Origin: a virus
Lineage: Duplodnaviria; Caudoviricetes
IMG/VR virus record: IMGVR_UViG_3300034072_001527
Coordinates: 1 to 50,872 of that record
Direction: 5' to 3' (one strand)
Length of the DNA: 50,872 nucleotides
Shown here: positions 46,127 through 50,872 of the stretch, piece by piece
Layout: each line of letters opens with the position of its first letter
Position numbering within the stretch: position 1 is the stretch's first letter
Made by a program: the position numbers and the translations under genes
The notes under the pieces: generated by a model
The model's database searches: none
The model's input: only the letters and a program-made list of their open reading frames with translations
Told to the model about the DNA's origin: nothing

Positions 46127-48475
46127 ATGGCGACGACTGAGCATTTTAGAGTAAGTTCCTTCCTCAAGGACATCATAGGCCGCGACCTGGTAACCAACGA
46201 ATTCGTTGCCGTCTTTGAGTTGGTAAAGAATGCCTTCGATGCGAACGCAAAGCGCGTAGATATCGCGTTTGACCTCATCAACGACGAACTTTGGATCGTC
46301 GACAACGGTAAAGGTATGGACGAGGCGGGCATCAAGGATCGCTGGCTGTTTGTGGCCTATTCCGCAAAGGCAGATGGCTCCGAAGATAATACCGACTATC
46401 GGGACAAAATAAGGCCACAAGGCCAATTCGCTGGCAGCAAGGGCATTGGTCGCTTTTCGTGTGACACCTTAGGGGCTGAACTCGAGCTTTATTCTAAGGA
46501 AAAAGAAAGTGCGCGAGTTCAGCGGCTCGACGTGGAGTGGGCAAGGTTTGAAGAAGACAGCAAGGACCTCTTTCAAAAAATAAATGTCACCCATGAACCT
46601 GATGCCTCTTTTCCGGAGGAAGCACCTGTCAAACTTCCGGCTAAATCAGGCACCATACTGCGGATCAAGCGGCTCCGCATGGACTGGGATGCAGACGCTA
46701 TAGCAAGGTTGCGTCGTTACCTGGAAAAATTAATTGATCCCTTTGGAACTACAAAGGACACCCCGGTCTACATTTCCGTCGTAAGCGACGAACTCGAAGT
46801 CGATGAAATTGAAGAGCTGAGCGGACAGGTTGGAAACGATCTTCAAGAACTGCTCGCTGAGAAAACCACCCGAATCGTTGTCGAAATAAAAGACGATAAA
46901 ATCGAGACCGAACTCATAGATCGTGGTCGGACAATATACCGAATTTGCGAAGCAAACAGTTATCCTTCCCTGGACGCCGCAATCGTCCGCATGGAAATTT
47001 TTTATCTTAACCGAAGCGCCAAGCACACCTTTACATCTCGCATGAAGGTCCGGCCTGTTGAGTTTGGAAGCGTTTTCCTGTTCTTGAACGGCTTTCGTAT
47101 CTTTCCAATTGGGGAGGAAACGGACGACACGCTGGGGCTTAATCGGCGAAAGCAGCAGGGCACATCACGCTACTTAGGAACGCGAGACATCATGGGCCGG
47201 GTCGATGTGACGGCACCTCCCCGAATGTTTCGTGAAGCGTCCAGCCGAGATGCCGGACTGATTGAAGACGCACGCTCTCGCGAGCTATTCGAGGCTATCC
47301 ATCGAAAGGCAATCGTGAGGCTTGAACGGTATGTCGTTGGCGTAACCTGGGCCGACAAAGACGACATGTTCCGGGATGACGCAAGTGGGCTGCGCTTCGG
47401 TGAGACGAAGGGACGGGTGGCGCAAATAATTGCCAACTTGGCTGCGACCAAAGACCTTGAACTCCTCTATTTCGATCCTGAAATTGCCGAACTTGTCGAT
47501 GACGACGTAAATTCCATTGATGGAGCACTGAAGTCTCTTACCGCTATTGCCGAAAAGCAGGGTGACGAAAATTTACTCCGTCGGATCGAAGGTGCAAAGG
47601 CTCGCATTGCTCAACTCGAAAAGGCAGAGGCCGAGGCTGCACGAGCCGCAAAGGAGGCGCGAGAGGCCAAGGCGCGGGCAGACGCGCGGATCGAAAGATT
47701 AGAGCGTCAGACCAAATACCTTGCCTCGACACAAGACCTTACTGTTGAGCAAATGACGCTGCTACTTCATCAGGTCATGATCTACTCAGGCCACATAGGA
47801 GCAGCAATCGACCGCTCCCTAAAGGGCGCGCGCGTAATCATTGATGCAGCGGTCGAGATTGCCGAGCACGTCTCGGAGGAGGAGTTGGAGGAGGCTGCCG
47901 CAGCAATCCGAAGTCGAGCGAGACGCGTTGCGGACGATCTCGACTATATCCACCTCGAAAATGATCGATTGATTGCTGTCGCTCGCTTTGCATCCAACGC
48001 GCGTTTTGATCTTGAAACCGATCTCCTTGAAGGAGATGTCGTCGCCTTTCTTGACGAGTATGTTAATCAGGTGCGAGGCGGTCGGGATGCAACTTCCACC
48101 GTAATGTTCGACGCCAATGACCTTGAACTTCTTGCCAGTTTCAGGCCTGTGGACCTGGTGGTCGTTGTCGACAATTTGCTCGACAATGCGAGAAAGCATG
48201 GTGCCAGGATGATGACCATGGAGGCACGTAAGGGCGACAAAAAGGGTCGAGTTCAGGTTGCGATTTCCGATGATGGTCGGGGAATAGACGAACAGAGGGT
48301 TGATCCAGCGAGGATTTTCGAGAAGGGCTATTCTTCGACTGCCGAAGGAACGGGTCTTGGTCTGTATCACGCCAAGAAGGTTATGCAGGACATGGGGGGC
48401 GATCTGATTTTGGACCCGAAAAGAGAAGTTGGGCGAGTTGAGTTTGCGATGATCCTACCGGAGCCGAAGAAGTGA
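46127..48475 (+). CDS. MORC-like GHKL ATPase fused to a C-terminal histidine kinase
   Basis: N-terminal ELVKNAFDA, DNGKGM, GSKGIGRF; central coiled coil; C-terminal LLHQ, NLLDNA, DDGRGI, IFEKGYSS, GTGLGL. Start 46115 or 46127. Confidence 0.9.
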   Translation: MATTEHFRVSSFLKDIIGRDLVTNEFVAVFELVKNAFDANAKRVDIAFDLINDELWIVDNGKGMDEAGIKDRWLFVAYSAKADGSEDNTDYRDKIRPQGQFAGSKGIGRFSCDTLGAELELYSKEKESARVQRLDVEWARFEEDSKDLFQKINVTHEPDASFPEEAPVKLPAKSGTILRIKRLRMDWDADAIARLRRYLEKLIDPFGTTKDTPVYISVVSDELEVDEIEELSGQVGNDLQELLAEKTTRIVVEIKDDKIETELIDRGRTIYRICEANSYPSLDAAIVRMEIFYLNRSAKHTFTSRMKVRPVEFGSVFLFLNGFRIFPIGEETDDTLGLNRRKQQGTSRYLGTRDIMGRVDVTAPPRMFREASSRDAGLIEDARSRELFEAIHRKAIVRLERYVVGVTWADKDDMFRDDASGLRFGETKGRVAQIIANLAATKDLELLYFDPEIAELVDDDVNSIDGALKSLTAIAEKQGDENLLRRIEGAKARIAQLEKAEAEAARAAKEAREAKARADARIERLERQTKYLASTQDLTVEQMTLLLHQVMIYSGHIGAAIDRSLKGARVIIDAAVEIAEHVSEEELEEAAAAIRSRARRVADDLDYIHLENDRLIAVARFASNARFDLETDLLEGDVVAFLDEYVNQVRGGRDATSTVMFDANDLELLASFRPVDLVVVVDNLLDNARKHGARMMTMEARKGDKKGRVQVAISDDGRGIDEQRVDPARIFEKGYSSTAEGTGLGLYHAKKVMQDMGGDLILDPKREVGRVEFAMILPEPKK

Positions 48476-49374
48476 ACCTCACTTTCAATGTCTGCTGGAT
48501 CGAGGATCAAGCCACCGACGCATTCGTTGAAAGTGTAGAGGAAGCCGTTCGTGCGAACGGATTTGCTCCGAAGATCGAGCGGATTGCAACGCAGGAAGAG
48601 ATTGCCGAGTTCGCACAGCGTCAAGAGCAATTTTATGACTACGAGTTGATCTTATTGGACTTACAACTCGGCGCTACAAAGGGTGATGAGGTCGCCAAAT
48701 CAGTCCGGAGGCATTTTCGCTCGACCCCACTGCTTTTCTACAGCGGCGCGGACGAAGTCGATCTTCGGAAGCTAATGTATGACGCGGGCATTGAAGGGGT
48801 CTACTGCGTTCACCGGGAGGAACTGACAAACCGAGTTCGCGAGCTTGTTGGGGAGCTGTCTCCCGCCCTAAATCGCCTCAACTCGATGCGGGGGCTTGCG
48901 GCCCAAACAGTCGCAGTCTGTGATGAGCGCTTTCGAGAAATCATCATGCATGCCGCCCAAGATGCTGGGCAACGAGACGAGATTTTTCAGTCCTTGCGTG
49001 ACGGTCTCATCAAAAGTGCGCAAGAGCGCGAGCAGGAACTGAATGGCCAGACATCACTCGATGGGTTGATGCAGCTATACATACCGACAGCCGCACTTTT
49101 CCGCGAGGCGTTGAGGATTGCACGAATTGCTGGAGAAAATGATGACGACATTCTCGACTTACATAGAGCGGTAAAAAAGAATTTTTACCCGAAGCTTACA
49201 GCGCGCCGAAATACTCTATCGCACGTAATTGAAGAGCGAACCAGAACCGGATTTGTGGTCCGCACTGCCGACGGAACAGCTCTAACCCGCGACGACTTTA
49301 TTAGCTATCGAGCGGAATTCGCCATTGTCTTGCGAGATGTGACCAACTTGCACAGCCGACTGGTCCCTCAATAG
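48472..49374 (+). CDS. Response-regulator receiver-domain protein
   Basis: WIEDQ, LILLDLQL and PLLFYSG; GTGA-coupled to the kinase. Confidence 0.85.
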   Translation: MNLTFNVCWIEDQATDAFVESVEEAVRANGFAPKIERIATQEEIAEFAQRQEQFYDYELILLDLQLGATKGDEVAKSVRRHFRSTPLLFYSGADEVDLRKLMYDAGIEGVYCVHREELTNRVRELVGELSPALNRLNSMRGLAAQTVAVCDERFREIIMHAAQDAGQRDEIFQSLRDGLIKSAQEREQELNGQTSLDGLMQLYIPTAALFREALRIARIAGENDDDILDLHRAVKKNFYPKLTARRNTLSHVIEERTRTGFVVRTADGTALTRDDFISYRAEFAIVLRDVTNLHSRLVPQ

Positions 49375-50559
49375 ACCGATCAATACCTTGCCGATAGCTT
49401 CGGCGAGAAGCGGAGGAACGGCGTTGCCGATCTGGGTGTAACGCGGACAAGCGGTCTTTCTTCGTTCTCCTCCTGTTGTGTATGGTCCATAAAAGGAGAA
49501 CCAATCAGGAAAGGACTGGAGGCGAGCCAATTCTCTGACGGTAAGGGTGCGAGGGTCAGAATAGTGGATTATGTCGTCCGGTAATGTGGTCACTGTCGGG
49601 GCGGGCAGCGACTTATCTAACGGGGTGGTTGACCGTTTGCCGATCCCAAGCCGCAACCGATCTTCTGGTGAGATGCAGCGACCGCGAGGGCAGGTGGCCA
49701 GGATGGTAGCGAAGCGTCCGACCGTCTTTTCATTGTGCCTTGCCAACCGACAGTCGGTCGGCTGCCCTTCCTGCCCATCACGCATCAATGTTTGATAATT
49801 ACTGTCTGCATTTCTTGCGCGGCTGACAGCCCGGTAGCCCCTTCCTCCCCACTCTTGATCTAGAAGCGGCTGACGGTCACCAACAGCGAAGTCGGATATC
49901 GCCTCCCCGACCGAAATGAACCTACTGCCAAGACCCTTTTCTTGCAAAAAGCGCCGTCGGGACGTGCGAAGTCTGACGAGCGGATCAATGCCGGGTAGAG
50001 TTCCTTCAAGTGCTGCGATCAGAATGAACCGTGGACGCTTCTGCGGGACGCCATAGTCCGATGCCAAGAGAACGTCTGACCAGACTTCGTATCCCAAGTT
50101 TCTCAGGCTCTCCTCTGCCGCCTGATTGTATGTGCCGCCACTCGAATGGGGCATAGAGGTGAAACCGCGAACGTTCTCTAGTAAGACGAGCTTAGGCCGG
50201 ACAAGTTCAACAAACCGCAGGTAGGCATCGACCATCTTGCTGCGCGGATCATCTGGATTGCGTCGACCATTAATCGAAAAGCCTTGGCATGGCGGGCCTC
50301 CAGCGATCAGGTCGATGGTGCCATTCAATTTGCGGAGGTCAATTTCGTGCTCGCGGACAATGCAGGTGACATCATGTGGCCGCATTTCAAGCCAGGACGG
50401 CCATTGAACCCTAAACCTATCGCTATCGAGTAGATTGTTTTTGTAAGTTGAGAATGCGTCTTGATGCTGTTCGATGGCGAACTCGCAGTCAAACCCAGCG
50501 TTGTGGAGGCCGAGCGATAGCCCGCCGCAACCAGCGAAAAGATCAATGAACCTTGGCAC
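49282..50559 (-). CDS. DNA (cytosine-5)-methyltransferase
   Basis: DLFAGCGG, GGPPCQGFS, ENV, QKRPR, RELARLQSFPD and QIGNAVPP; GTG start after GAAGG. Confidence 0.96.
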   Translation of the reverse strand: MPRFIDLFAGCGGLSLGLHNAGFDCEFAIEQHQDAFSTYKNNLLDSDRFRVQWPSWLEMRPHDVTCIVREHEIDLRKLNGTIDLIAGGPPCQGFSINGRRNPDDPRSKMVDAYLRFVELVRPKLVLLENVRGFTSMPHSSGGTYNQAAEESLRNLGYEVWSDVLLASDYGVPQKRPRFILIAALEGTLPGIDPLVRLRTSRRRFLQEKGLGSRFISVGEAISDFAVGDRQPLLDQEWGGRGYRAVSRARNADSNYQTLMRDGQEGQPTDCRLARHNEKTVGRFATILATCPRGRCISPEDRLRLGIGKRSTTPLDKSLPAPTVTTLPDDIIHYSDPRTLTVRELARLQSFPDWFSFYGPYTTGGERRKTACPRYTQIGNAVPPLLAEAIGKVLIGLLRDQSAVQVGHISQDNGEFRSIANKVVAG

Positions 50560-50745
50560 GGGGCCTTCGTATAGCGTGGCTGATGCGGAAAGCCAGGACA
50601 AAGCGACCTGTCCCGCAAACCTGTTGCAACTCGTTGCAAAAAAAGCGCACAATAGGTTTACAGGAAAATCGTAAGCTACTGAAATGACTGGAGCCAAATC
50701 GGGCGCGGTTTACAGCAGGAAGGGCGGAAATCCGCCAATCACGGC

Positions 50746-50786
50746 AGCTTGGGAAGCTTCTGCTCTACCATTGAGCTACACCCGCA
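50746..50786. repeat. att core copy 3 (tRNA-Gly 5' fragment)
   Basis: 41-bp identity to 58..98 and 40358..40398. Confidence 0.95.
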
Positions 50787-50872
50787 TTTCAACAGCTTAG
50801 GCTACCGAAACTCCCGCGGATTGCAGCGTGGTTTGCGCTGGTCCGCTGAGGCGACGCGTCAATTCCACGACT

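Larger units (their letters stand above)
40358..50786. mobile_element. ~10.4 kb integrative island carrying an RT, a resolvase and a GHKL-HK/receiver/methyltransferase module
   Basis: Bounded by 41-bp direct repeats; has its own integrase; GTTTACA repeats at both ends; visibly lower GC than the prophage. Confidence 0.9.

Noticed and set aside
50560-50697. N-terminal extension of the methyltransferase
   Set aside because: Motif I begins right after GTG 50559, which has an RBS; the extension covers regulatory and arm-site repeats.
40399-50745. Classical phage satellite (PICI or P4-like)
   Set aside because: No primase, terminase small subunit, capsid-size or Psu-like genes were recognised. 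Helper-dependent transfer remains possible but is unsupported.

Overview
GC-rich, probably alphaproteobacterial (sphingomonad-like) chromosome segment made almost entirely of mobile elements stacked at one tRNA-Gly(CCC) gene (24..97, minus strand). The 5' half of the tRNA is repeated at 40357..40398 and 50746..50786, which delimits three elements. (1) A ~40.3 kb, nearly intact temperate podovirus-type prophage with lysis, esterase-bearing spikes, internal virion proteins, tail tubes, capsid, portal, terminase, an iteron-rich origin, ArdC, primase/helicase, a CI/Cro switch with five operators, GapR-like and Tad2-like genes, and an integrase. (2) A ~10.3 kb integrative island with a tyrosine integrase, an unusual stand-alone reverse transcriptase (YADN and GLPLG motifs), a membrane protein, an XRE regulator, a zinc-finger/HNH-like protein, a serine resolvase and a low-GC module of MORC-like GHKL ATPase-histidine kinase, receiver protein and cytosine methyltransferase. 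(3) The first bases of a probable third, related island. The RT island is the best candidate for an undescribed system. All product calls come from motif recognition by eye; no database searches were run.
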